Shown: positions 36,861 to 45,772 of the stretch, one piece after another
Position numbering within the stretch: position 1 is the stretch's first letter
Layout: each line of letters begins with the position of its first letter
Assembly: GCA_038058635.1 (NCBI GenBank)
Contig: JBBUAP010000001.1
Span: 197,190-261,189, forward strand
From: Patescibacteria group bacterium
GTDB taxonomy: Bacteria; Patescibacteriota; UBA1384; 2-12-FULL-50-11
Length of the DNA stretch: 64,000 bases
Direction of reading: 5' to 3'
Notes under the pieces: generated by a model
What the model was told of the DNA's origin: nothing
Seen by the model: only the letters and a program-made list of their open reading frames with translations
Database searches by the model: none
Position numbers and translations under genes: made by a program

Positions 36861-36917
36861 GGCTCTACCACTGCTTGCCCACCGAAGCCTTGGCGAAGGT
36901 GGGAGCTACTTCGGCTA
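36861..36917 (-). pseudogene. truncated duplicate of tRNA-Phe 5' end with a 29-nt hairpin inserted in the D-loop
   Basis: GCCGAAGTAGCTC-[CCACCTTCGCCAAGGCTTCGGTGGGCAAG]-CAGTGGTAGAGCC. It lies 17 nt upstream of the intact tRNA-Phe. No anticodon or T arm. Confidence 0.5.
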
Positions 36918-36950
36918 ATTACAAACCATATTTTATCTCACTTTAAGGAT

Positions 36951-36988
36951 AAGAAAAAGGCGGTGGGAGTTGTACAGCTCCAACCGCC
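36951..36988 (-). terminator. intrinsic terminator (minus strand)
   Basis: GGCGGTGGGAG-ttgtaca-GCTCCAACCGCC hairpin. The minus strand follows it with TTTTTCTT. Confidence 0.6.
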
Positions 36989-37002
36989 TTCCGGGTCTCG
37001 GG

Positions 37003-37215
37003 TCAGCTGATTGAGATCGCTCCCAAGCAGGTGAACGAAAGCTCATTGTCGGGGATTCTCCATCGATCCAGCAACTTCGCTTGCTGGGGAGAGGAAACCA
37101 AGTTCAGAAGCTTGTTTCGCGCCTCGAGGCTACCCTCATTGGCAGGGCGAGCCAGGGCTTGAATCAACCTCATTTGTTGCATGCAAGACAAGAACTCAAG
37201 ATGCGGTCGTCTCAT
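37003..37215 (-). CDS. hypothetical small protein in GC-rich islet
   Basis: 70-aa ORF ending just upstream of the minus-strand terminator. Divergent from the XRE gene. Confidence 0.3.
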   Translation of the reverse strand: MRRPHLEFLSCMQQMRLIQALARPANEGSLEARNKLLNLVSSPQQAKLLDRWRIPDNELSFTCLGAISIS

Positions 37216-37406
37216 ATACCACCCTCCTCGATCGTGGAAGTATGGACTAATAATACTATTTTTTCAAGGGTTTACAGCCCTATTTTTTGGTGGAGACGAC
37301 TGAACGCCATTCGCACTCAGATCATATCTGGAAAATACTACTTCGAAAAGTTTCGTCTACCGAAGGAATAAGCTACCGCATGTACCTACGATAGCCCCTT
37401 CCCCTA

Positions 37407-37435
37407 TTGACTAGCGCATCGCTCTTAGCTACAAT
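37407..37435 (+). promoter_or_regulatory. sigma70-type promoter TTGACT-N17-TACAAT
   Basis: Near-consensus -35 and -10 with 17-bp spacing, ~30 nt upstream of the GGGAGG RBS and GTG start of the XRE gene. Confidence 0.6.
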
Positions 37436-37465
37436 GTCGCAAGTTCATTCATAGGGAGGTAACGA

Positions 37466-37942
37466 GTGGGTTCAGATCAGAAAGACCAGCTTCGTATCTT
37501 GGAAGAAGGGCATGAGATAACCGACACAGAGGTCGCACGACAAGTACTCAGAGCCGCTCGAACGCGATTCGGCGTAGAGCAGAAGGAGATGGCGGCATTT
37601 CTCGGCGTCGGCAGTCGAACCTATCAGCGGTGGGAGCAAGAAGGCACGCTTTTCAAGACTCCTGGCAAAAGGCGAAAGCTCTGTTTATTGCAGTCTGTCG
37701 CCCGCATGGGCCTTGAGGATGCCGTTTCAACGATACGTCAAGCAGCACCCTCCGAGTCATTCAATCTTGAGGTCAGCGAGATTCCTGCGGGAATCATGCA
37801 AGCCTTTGCGTCTCACGGGCTGTCGGCCAATATCGACATCCTTCAGCGACTCGCTACAGTGGAGAAGGTTCTGGGGTTCAAACTCCAAGAAGAGAGCTGG
37901 GCGATGCTTGTCACCGACTATCGCAACGCATCACTCTCCTAG
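37466..37942 (+). CDS. XRE-family helix-turn-helix transcriptional regulator
   Basis: EMAAFLGVGSRTYQRWEQEG HTH. GTG start preceded by GGGAGG. Confidence 0.55.
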   Translation: MGSDQKDQLRILEEGHEITDTEVARQVLRAARTRFGVEQKEMAAFLGVGSRTYQRWEQEGTLFKTPGKRRKLCLLQSVARMGLEDAVSTIRQAAPSESFNLEVSEIPAGIMQAFASHGLSANIDILQRLATVEKVLGFKLQEESWAMLVTDYRNASLS

Positions 37943-38082
37943 ACCGCGCTTAGACCAAAGAGCCCAGACTGCAATTGCAGGCTGGGCCCTAGTTCTGCCC
38001 ACAAAATCTCATTTGCGCGTGGGTGCAGTAGTAGCTCGCCTTGCCTATCAATATGTGGTTTCCGAAAATGGAATCGTTTTTG

Positions 38083-38163
38083 TGGGCGAGGTGGGACTCG
38101 AACCCACATGCCTTTCGGCGCTGGTTCCTAAAACCAGTGCGTAAACCATTTCGCCACTCGCCC
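38083..38163 (-). tRNA. tRNA-Leu (anticodon UAG), long variable arm
   Basis: Acceptor GGGCGAG/CTCGCCC, anticodon stem CTGGT/ACCAG with loop TTTAGGA, T arm GTGGG-TTCGAGT-CCCAC. Confidence 0.8.
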
Positions 38164-38209
38164 GAAATACACCTTCAATTCTACGTTATTTTGGAGTGAA
38201 AATCGAGTC

Positions 38210-38653
38210 CTAGATCGTGATTCGGCTTTTCATTTTCTCAAACGTCTTTGGGCCGATGCCTTTGACTTTTTCGATATCTTCAATGCGAATGAACGGGCCG
38301 TTGGTGGTGCGATAGTTGATTATCGCGTTGGCGTAAGCTGGGCCGATGCCAGGCAAGGTATCGAGCTCGCTAACTGAAGCGGTGTTGATATTAACAATCC
38401 CCGTAGTCGGCGTCGCGGTTGCGGTGGTATCGCTTGATGCCGTCGAAGAGGTTGGCGTAGGGTTTTGTAAAGTACTACTAATATCACTAATGACCGATTG
38501 GGTTGGAGTATCTGACTCAACGATCGTCGATTGCTGGCCAGTTTTGTTATTAACTGATGTTCCGAGCAAAAAACTCGACCCGGCCACCACCAGCATCACC
38601 AAAACCCAGCCGATATTACCGCCGAGCTGGTTCTCAAGAGCGCGTTTTGCCAT
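38210..38653 (-). CDS. comEA: ComEA-family helix-hairpin-helix DNA-binding competence protein
   Basis: N-terminal TM and C-terminal tandem HhH (LDTLPGIGPAYANAII...IEKVKGIGPKTFEKM). Confidence 0.8.
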   Translation of the reverse strand: MAKRALENQLGGNIGWVLVMLVVAGSSFLLGTSVNNKTGQQSTIVESDTPTQSVISDISSTLQNPTPTSSTASSDTTATATPTTGIVNINTASVSELDTLPGIGPAYANAIINYRTTNGPFIRIEDIEKVKGIGPKTFEKMKSRITI

Positions 38654-40658
38654 CCTTATGTTGTAGCACAACTTTTTTTAATTCGGGATAACTGTCGAGT
38701 CCGGTGGCCAGAATTTGCTCGGCCGCGCCAAAAGCCGTCTTAATCGCCGGGGCGTCGGATAGAGTCGCGTACTTTAGTTGCGGCAGACCGCTTTGTTCGA
38801 TGCCTACTAACTCACCGGGGCCGCGCAGTTCCAAATCGGCTTCGGCTATTTTTAAACCGTCACTGGTTTCGGCCAAGACCGCCAGGCGTTTTTTGGCGAG
38901 CTCTGTTTCGACTGATTGAGCCAGATAGCAAACGGACTCTCGTTCACCGCGACCGACTCGACCGCGCAACTGATGCAAAGTCGCCAGTCCAAACCGATCG
39001 GCCTCTTCAATCAAAATCCAGCTCGCCAGCGGATTGTCGATACCAACCTCAACCACCGTTGTGGATAGCAAAATATCTATTCCACCAGTTTTGAACTGTT
39101 TAATAATCTTCTCCCGCGCCTCACTTTTGATCTTGCCGTGAACGACACCGATCCTTGCAGTTGGAAATCTGGCTGTTAATCGATGCTCTTCGGCGGTTAC
39201 CGCTTTTCGCTCGGCTGTGAACAGCGTCGCCGAGCTGACGGCCGATTCGTTAATCAGCGGACAGATGACAAATCCCGGCTGACCAGCGTTGATTCTTTTC
39301 TCAATTTCTTTCTCAGCTTCTGACCGACCATTTTCATCAAACACGACGGTCGTGACCGGTTTTTGATGAACAGGTTTGTCGAGCAAGTAAGTAATATCCA
39401 AATAGCCGAACAAACTTTGGGCAAGAGAACGGGGGATCGGGGTGGCGCTCATCATTAATAAGTGAGTGGTGGGGTATCGAGCCAAAACGGTCTGCCGCTG
39501 TTCGACGCCAAAACGATGTTGCTCGTCAATAATAATTAGCCCCAAATTGTTGAATTTAATTTTTGGCTCCAACAGAGCGTGAGTGCCGACAACAACATCG
39601 GCCTCGAGGTGGTTTTCTTTGGTCGCACTCGTGACCAGGGCAACTTTCAGGCCCAATGGAGCGAGAATATCTCGGAGCGTCTCGGCCTGCTGGATGGCTA
39701 AGATAGCGGTTGGATTTAACCAAATTACCTGTCGCTGGTTCTGGCAAATAGCCGCGGCGGCGATCATCGCTACCGCCGTTTTGCCGCTACCCACTTCGCC
39801 ATAAAGCAGGCGATACATTGGGTGGTCGAGCGCTAAATCTTGGACAATCTGCCAGCTGGCGCGGCGCTGGCCGTCAGTTAATTTGAAGGGCAGAGCCCCG
39901 ACAACTTTCTTCAATTCTTCAGTATTGATATCAAACTTTTCTGCTCGGAGAGCTAGGCGCTCTTTTTTGGCGAGCAAGACTTGGGTCGATAAGACTAACA
40001 GCTCCTCGAGCCCTAGTAACTGCCTCGCTCCCTCTAGAGCAGCAGTGTCGGTGGCAAAGTGAACGGCGTCAATCGCTTCGGCGCGGCTAGGTAATATTTG
40101 GTCGCGACGAAATGCTTCGGGGACGATGTCTTGAAATTGACTAATCAGCCCTCGGGCGGTTGTAATCAGTCGCCGAATTGTCGCTTGATACAAACCAGCG
40201 GTCGCCGGATAGATTGGCGTTACTTCCAAATTGTTAATCAATTTTTTGACAAAAAATGGATTGCCCAAGCTTGGGGCGATTCGCTTTTCGCCGTAAAGCA
40301 TCACCTCTGTCCCCACTCGTAGTTGGCCCATTAGATAGCGCTGATTAAACCACAAGGCGTTGATTGTTCCCGATTCGTCACGAATTTTGGCTTGAACAAT
40401 CATCACCCCGCGCTGGCTGCGGCGGCTGTGGACAGATTCGATGGTGCCGGCAATGACGCTCGGCATTTTGACTGACAACCGACTAATCGGCACTAGTTGC
40501 GACCGATCTTCTAGACGGTTTGGAATCAATTCGAGCAAGTCTTTGATTGTGATGACGCCAAGATTTCCCAACTTTTTGCCCAAAAACTCGCCGACACCAG
40601 GCAATTTTTCAATCGGGTCGGTTAATTTGAGAGGATTAGACTTGGTTATAACCATCAC
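38634..40658 (-). CDS. recG: ATP-dependent DNA helicase RecG
   Basis: Wedge/OB domain, SF2 helicase Walker A GEVGSGKT, DEQHRFG, and the C-terminal helicase domain. Confidence 0.9.
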   Translation of the reverse strand: MMVITKSNPLKLTDPIEKLPGVGEFLGKKLGNLGVITIKDLLELIPNRLEDRSQLVPISRLSVKMPSVIAGTIESVHSRRSQRGVMIVQAKIRDESGTINALWFNQRYLMGQLRVGTEVMLYGEKRIAPSLGNPFFVKKLINNLEVTPIYPATAGLYQATIRRLITTARGLISQFQDIVPEAFRRDQILPSRAEAIDAVHFATDTAALEGARQLLGLEELLVLSTQVLLAKKERLALRAEKFDINTEELKKVVGALPFKLTDGQRRASWQIVQDLALDHPMYRLLYGEVGSGKTAVAMIAAAAICQNQRQVIWLNPTAILAIQQAETLRDILAPLGLKVALVTSATKENHLEADVVVGTHALLEPKIKFNNLGLIIIDEQHRFGVEQRQTVLARYPTTHLLMMSATPIPRSLAQSLFGYLDITYLLDKPVHQKPVTTVVFDENGRSEAEKEIEKRINAGQPGFVICPLINESAVSSATLFTAERKAVTAEEHRLTARFPTARIGVVHGKIKSEAREKIIKQFKTGGIDILLSTTVVEVGIDNPLASWILIEEADRFGLATLHQLRGRVGRGERESVCYLAQSVETELAKKRLAVLAETSDGLKIAEADLELRGPGELVGIEQSGLPQLKYATLSDAPAIKTAFGAAEQILATGLDSYPELKKVVLQHKDGKTRS

Positions 40659-40680
40659 TTGCTGTAGTCTAGTTCTTGTG

Positions 40681-40860
40681 ATGATTCAAGACAAGGAACA
40701 CCCAGCTTTGTTGTGGTACGCATTTGGCTTTTTTCTGTTACTCGCCATCGTTGGCTATCTAATACTGTCAAACGTTGATAATACCCCAGCTCTTAGTGAC
40801 AGCTCGGCTGTTCTGAAAGTTCCTAGCTACCAAAACCTCTTCGGCGACACTACGAATTAA
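40681..40860 (+). CDS. hypothetical small membrane protein
   Basis: 59-aa ORF with one TM helix. An intrinsic terminator follows immediately. Confidence 0.3.
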   Translation: MIQDKEHPALLWYAFGFFLLLAIVGYLILSNVDNTPALSDSSAVLKVPSYQNLFGDTTN

Positions 40861-40867
40861 CAAAACC

Positions 40868-40914
40868 GAGAGTTTGAACAGCGACCCTTCCGGTTCAAAC
40901 CTCTTGGTTTTCTC
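40868..40914 (+). terminator. intrinsic terminator
   Basis: GAGAGTTTGAAC-loop-GTTCAAACCTCT followed by TGGTTTTCTC. Confidence 0.55.
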
Positions 40915-41043
40915 AACACCCCTGTGGGAAGCGTGCGGGGTAGGGAGTGTGAGGGTGTAGGGGCTGCTTCGCAACTAAGCCCCTCACCCTCACAAAAAAG
41001 CCGCGACGCAGTCGAAAACTACTTAATTGGTCAATTAATTTCG

Positions 41044-43170
41044 TCACCCTAAAGTAACTTCGACGAAGTGTGTTCCTCCGGCGAAGGGGCGGATGACATT
41101 GCCGGTCAGGCGGACGCCGTCGACGATAATTCGATCAATGCCCTTCGAAACCCGAAACGGATTTTGGATTCGAATATGATAATCCGCCCCTCGAAATTGT
41201 CGTGTCACTTCGACCTGTCGCCAATCTTTTGGTAGACACGGATCGATCTTCAACCCACCCAGAACTGGTTGGACCCCGAGAATCTGCTCGAGCATAGCTA
41301 TCCAGAGCATGCCCGCTCCGGTACTACCCCAACCAGAAGACCCTCGCCCGAAATGATGATGCGGAGGTCCATTGATACTATCAGCTACAATGTATGGTTC
41401 GACTCGATAGATGGTCGGTTCGGCCGCTCTTACTTGCGGATTGATCTGCTTCCAAACTCGCTGTGCCTCGTCGCCTTGGCCGATCGAAGCTTTAGCCCAG
41501 ACTAATCTAGCCGAAACACTAGTTACAATGGCGCAGTTGCGACCGCTTCCCGGACTATCAACCGACTCGCAATAATCATCGTTTGCGAGTGGATAGACCG
41601 GTGTGAAATTCAGTGTCCCGTATTTGGTGCCCAGCTTCTGATCGACCGATCGAAGCGCTCCCTTGGCTCGCTCAAGCGTGACTAAACCACCGATAATCAA
41701 CCAAGCTTGGGCCTCGGCGTCGATCTGTCGGGGTTTATTTTTTTGACCAATCTTGCCGTGCGCTGAGTGGATGCCGGCGCTGTAACATCGACCCGATCGA
41801 AGGTGCTGATCGACAGCACTCTTAAGTCTCTCAAGTAATCGGGTGTACCGATCGACGAGTTGATGCTCGCCAAAATGCTCCAGAATTGGGATAGCTTCCC
41901 GCCAATAGTAAGCCACTTCCCCCGTCAACGCCGCTGATTCTAGTGAATCCTCGCCAACCCTATTTTTTATTAGACCCCTCACCGACAGCTGGTCTTGGCA
42001 GTAGTTTAGGGCGCGAATAAAATGATGCAAGACTGTGCCGTCGCCACCGTCGCGGTATTCGACGCGGCGATGAAATAAATCGTAGTCGCCAGTTTCTTTG
42101 AGATAAGCGATAAGCAGTCGACAGAGAGTAGTGGTTGGTTTGACATTATCGAGCTCACCATTTTTGGTTTGGGTTGAAAGGACCGATTCGATGTCAGCGG
42201 CGGTGGTTTGTCCAAGCGACAGACCGGTGATTAGGCGATCTAGATGTGCCTGCTGATTGTGGTCAAGCGAGTTTAAGCTCTGAAACTTCCAAAATTTATT
42301 GAATAACTTGTTCGTGTCCGAATCGGGCGTCTTGATCGTGACGCGACTAAGCCATTCTTGTTGTAGCTCCTCTGTCCGCGCTAAGGATTTAGCAACCGCT
42401 CCGGGATGTTTGAGTAGGGTGATGGATTGTCGGGTGGAGCTCAGATCAAATGTCCGGCCAGTAAACACATTCAAGTGAGTCGTAACATTTTTCCCCAAGG
42501 TCAAATGGTAGCTGATCGTCATCAGAGCATTCTCTCCTGCCGCCGTGCTTCTACCACCCTTCCCTTCGATGACGGCTTGCGGAGCTGAAAAGCTGCCGTA
42601 TTGGCCCAAAAAAGCTTCTTGACTACAATCAAAACTATCAAGAGCGCGGTCACTAGCACAGAAGAAAGTTACGGTTGGGTCGAGGCGATTCTGGCCGACC
42701 AGCATGCCTTTTTCCATCTCAGCTTCATTGACCTTTTCTGGTAAGCCAGCAACAAAGTAAACTGCCAAACGGCGTTTTTTATCCCCGATGTTCTGCAAGC
42801 GTATTTGCCAGACTTCGCCGTCGAATTTGTCAGGCACAAAAACGCTAGCGAAAGCATCGATCTGATCATATTTATAATGGAAATCCGTCACCCCAACTCT
42901 ATGTCGACACTCAAAGGCGTCAAAACGCCCACCGACCGGTTGCCAAGTTAGTGACCAGAACTTATCTGAGTCTAAATCGCGGATATAGACATAGCGTGTC
43001 GTCGGGCTGGTTGGGCCGTCGTAACCAAGGGTTTGGGTAGCTTGGCCGTCTTGCGCAATCTCAAGTCGATAATGCCCATTAGTCAGTAAATTGAACCACG
43101 GTTGTGGCGTATCGGGTCGCCCTATTACAAACTCCTCGCCGTTAGGCGCCAATTCTCCAAATCCCTCCAT
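41044..43170 (-). CDS. GH94-family glycoside phosphorylase-like protein (cellobiose/chitobiose phosphorylase type)
   Basis: The N-terminus EEFVIGRPDTPQPWFNLLTNG...YVYIRDLDSDKFWSLTWQP parallels the cellobiose phosphorylase N-terminus (EYVITTPHTPYPWINYL...YLYVNDGGDVW). 708 aa with an (alpha/alpha)6-type C-terminus. Confidence 0.6.
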   Translation of the reverse strand: MEGFGELAPNGEEFVIGRPDTPQPWFNLLTNGHYRLEIAQDGQATQTLGYDGPTSPTTRYVYIRDLDSDKFWSLTWQPVGGRFDAFECRHRVGVTDFHYKYDQIDAFASVFVPDKFDGEVWQIRLQNIGDKKRRLAVYFVAGLPEKVNEAEMEKGMLVGQNRLDPTVTFFCASDRALDSFDCSQEAFLGQYGSFSAPQAVIEGKGGRSTAAGENALMTISYHLTLGKNVTTHLNVFTGRTFDLSSTRQSITLLKHPGAVAKSLARTEELQQEWLSRVTIKTPDSDTNKLFNKFWKFQSLNSLDHNQQAHLDRLITGLSLGQTTAADIESVLSTQTKNGELDNVKPTTTLCRLLIAYLKETGDYDLFHRRVEYRDGGDGTVLHHFIRALNYCQDQLSVRGLIKNRVGEDSLESAALTGEVAYYWREAIPILEHFGEHQLVDRYTRLLERLKSAVDQHLRSGRCYSAGIHSAHGKIGQKNKPRQIDAEAQAWLIIGGLVTLERAKGALRSVDQKLGTKYGTLNFTPVYPLANDDYCESVDSPGSGRNCAIVTSVSARLVWAKASIGQGDEAQRVWKQINPQVRAAEPTIYRVEPYIVADSINGPPHHHFGRGSSGWGSTGAGMLWIAMLEQILGVQPVLGGLKIDPCLPKDWRQVEVTRQFRGADYHIRIQNPFRVSKGIDRIIVDGVRLTGNVIRPFAGGTHFVEVTLG

Positions 43171-43225
43171 AAACTAATCTTAACCCACTTTTTCCCAGAG
43201 GGGTAATTACTGTTACAATCTTAAT

Positions 43226-44218
43226 ATGCCTCAATTGCGTCAGAATATTGTTACTGGTGAGTGGGTGGTAATTGCGCCCGAGCGATCGAAGCGACCGACT
43301 GATTTTGTTGCCGCTGAATCAATTAAGCCCCAGCTAAAGGCAGAATGCCCATTCTGTACTACTAACGCGTCCGGCGCCTACAATACTCGTCAAAAAGAAT
43401 ACGAATCCAACCTTATCTACGTAGCCCCAAACAAGTTTCCAGCTTTTGTTGAAGATGTTGAGCATTGCAGTCCCCGAACCTTCAAGCTTGAGAATAACTT
43501 TTATAACGCCCGGCCGTCAACAGGGGGACACGATCTAATTGTAGCCAAGGATCACGATCACCAAATTTACGACTTTTCCGAGGAAACTTGGTTTGAGATG
43601 TTGGAAATGGCCCGTCACCGTTACATCTACTGGCGTCAAGATTGCAATACTCGCTACTCAATGCTTATTTACAATCAGGGCGTCAGAGCCGGTGCCTCAA
43701 TCTACCACCCCCACGCCCAACTTTTTGCCAGCAATATCATCCCGAACCAAATCTCACGTGAATTAGACGGGGCGTTGGATTATTTCAGCGACAACGGGTC
43801 GTGTGTCTTCTGCGATCTTGTATCTCACGAACGAGAAGAGAAGGTCCGGGTTCTAACCGAAACTGATGATTTGATTGTCTTCACTTTCTATGCCGCTCGC
43901 TTCCCATTTGAAATTTGGGTTTTGCCAAAAGAGCATCTTGCCAACTTCGCCACCGTTAAACCTGAACTCATTAAATCATTAGCAACTGTGATGAAGGGAG
44001 TTGTTAGTCAGCTGGGCACAACTCTCCAAAATCCATCATTCAATCTTTATTTACACGACCTACCAACTGGCGTTGAACGAGCTGATTATTACCACTGGCA
44101 TATTGAAATTGCGCCACGCGTCTCTACCTACGGCGGTTACGAACTTGGCTCGGGCACGATCATCGATGTTATGAGTCCGGAAGACGCCGCCGACTATTTG
44201 CGGCAGAATAAGGTCTAG
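43226..44218 (+). CDS. GalT-like HIT-superfamily hexose-1-phosphate nucleotidyltransferase / NDP-sugar phosphorylase
   Basis: N-terminal CPFC zinc motif and the HPHAQ HIT-like motif (H-x-H-x-Q). Confidence 0.7.
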   Translation: MPQLRQNIVTGEWVVIAPERSKRPTDFVAAESIKPQLKAECPFCTTNASGAYNTRQKEYESNLIYVAPNKFPAFVEDVEHCSPRTFKLENNFYNARPSTGGHDLIVAKDHDHQIYDFSEETWFEMLEMARHRYIYWRQDCNTRYSMLIYNQGVRAGASIYHPHAQLFASNIIPNQISRELDGALDYFSDNGSCVFCDLVSHEREEKVRVLTETDDLIVFTFYAARFPFEIWVLPKEHLANFATVKPELIKSLATVMKGVVSQLGTTLQNPSFNLYLHDLPTGVERADYYHWHIEIAPRVSTYGGYELGSGTIIDVMSPEDAADYLRQNKV

Positions 44219-44303
44219 AACGGCTTGCTTGTCACCCCTAATTCATCTAAACTTTTGGCAAACGATTAATGATATCTAAAAGCGCTCCAGTAACGAATCT
44301 CGG

Positions 44304-45740
44304 ATGAAAATATTATTTGTTGTTTCGGAAGTGGCGCCCTATGTTAAAACCGGCGGTTTGGGCGAAGTTATGAATGCCTTACCCAAAGAATTACACCGTC
44401 TCGGCCATGATGTCGCAATCTTTATGCCCTTGCACGGTAAGATTGATCGTCAACGCTTTCCGTTACTGCCAATCGGACGGGCAAAAACACTCCGTCTCGG
44501 CCGAAGTAAAATTCCCCATCGATTCATGGCTAGTCTCCTCTCCCAAGTGGTGCCGGTATATTTTTTCGACCAGCCGAAATTGTTTGGACAGCGCGACCAA
44601 GTTTACGGGGGGATTGACGGTAATTATCGCTACCTAGTTTTTAATCAGGCCGTCTTTTCTCTGCTGGAAACTCTCGACTGGACGCCGGATATTATCCATT
44701 GCCACGACTGGCCGTCGGGATTAATCCCGAACTACTTTGCCAACCTACCGGCTCGCTCGAAGCTCAACAATATTAAGACGGTTTTTACTATCCACAACCC
44801 AGCGTTTACCGGTACGACCAATGCCTGGCAGATTGCCCCGGAATTCAAAGATAATGTCGAAACTCCGGTACCGACCGACCGTAATAAAATGAGCTACCTC
44901 AACTTTTTAGAGCGAGGCATCCGTTATGCCGATGTCGTAACAACGGTTTCCGAACCACACGCCGAAGAACTGAAGGAGCCATTAACCGATCATGGCTTGA
45001 GTGATCTTCTCAAGGCCAAGAAGAGACGGTTCTTTGGTATCCGCAACGGCATCGATTACAACATTTTCAACCCGCGGATCGACAAACACTTACCGGTCAA
45101 CTACGACGAAGGCATTCTCCATCGTAAATACGACAATAAACGAGCCCTCCAGCACAGACTTGGTTTGACGGTTGACGATCAGATTCCAATGATTGGTATG
45201 AATACTCGTATCTCCGAGCAGAAAGGTTTTAATTTGCTCTTTGAAGTATTGCCCAATATCTTGGATCTTGGCGTTCAGTTCGTGATAGTCGGTACCGACC
45301 AGGGCGGCTATGTCAAAACCCTGAATGAATTCGCTAAAAAGTATCCAGCCCAATTTGCTTACCGTCCGTATTCAGAGGAGTTGGGGAGTCTGGTATACGC
45401 CGGGTCGGATTTGTTTCTAATGCCGTCTCGCTACGAACCGTCGGGCTTGGGGCAGATGGTCTCGCTTCGTTACGGATCGATTCCATTAGTTCGTCGAACC
45501 GGTGGCTTGGCTAGCACAATCACAAATTACAACCCGAAAAATAATACTGGCATCGGTTTTGTTTTCGATGCTTACACGAGCTCAGCCCTTTTTGTTTCTG
45601 TTAAGCGGGCGTTGCGAGTTTTCCAGAACAAAAAGCGTTGGTGGGAACTGATGCGTCGGGCGATGAACACATCCTATTCTTGGGAGCTACCGGCCAAGAA
45701 ATACATTAAGGCTTACCAACTCGCGGTCAAAAAGTTTTGA
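44304..45740 (+). CDS. glgA: glycogen synthase (GT5)
   Basis: KTGGLGEV N-terminal motif and a GT-B C-terminal domain. Confidence 0.85.
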   Translation: MKILFVVSEVAPYVKTGGLGEVMNALPKELHRLGHDVAIFMPLHGKIDRQRFPLLPIGRAKTLRLGRSKIPHRFMASLLSQVVPVYFFDQPKLFGQRDQVYGGIDGNYRYLVFNQAVFSLLETLDWTPDIIHCHDWPSGLIPNYFANLPARSKLNNIKTVFTIHNPAFTGTTNAWQIAPEFKDNVETPVPTDRNKMSYLNFLERGIRYADVVTTVSEPHAEELKEPLTDHGLSDLLKAKKRRFFGIRNGIDYNIFNPRIDKHLPVNYDEGILHRKYDNKRALQHRLGLTVDDQIPMIGMNTRISEQKGFNLLFEVLPNILDLGVQFVIVGTDQGGYVKTLNEFAKKYPAQFAYRPYSEELGSLVYAGSDLFLMPSRYEPSGLGQMVSLRYGSIPLVRRTGGLASTITNYNPKNNTGIGFVFDAYTSSALFVSVKRALRVFQNKKRWWELMRRAMNTSYSWELPAKKYIKAYQLAVKKF

Positions 45741-45772
45741 CTCTGACTGGCTAAATTGAGAGAATCGTATTA

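Noticed and set aside
37713-38144. ORF 37713-38144 (+)
   Set aside because: It overlaps the XRE gene in another frame and runs through tRNA-Leu(UAG). Spurious.
40920-41000. GTGAGGGTGtAGGGGCT...AGCCCCTcACCCTCAC hairpin as a terminator
   Set aside because: It is followed by an A-run on plus and preceded by a T-run on minus, so it is not a canonical intrinsic terminator for either flanking gene. Function unknown, possibly an RNA-stability element.
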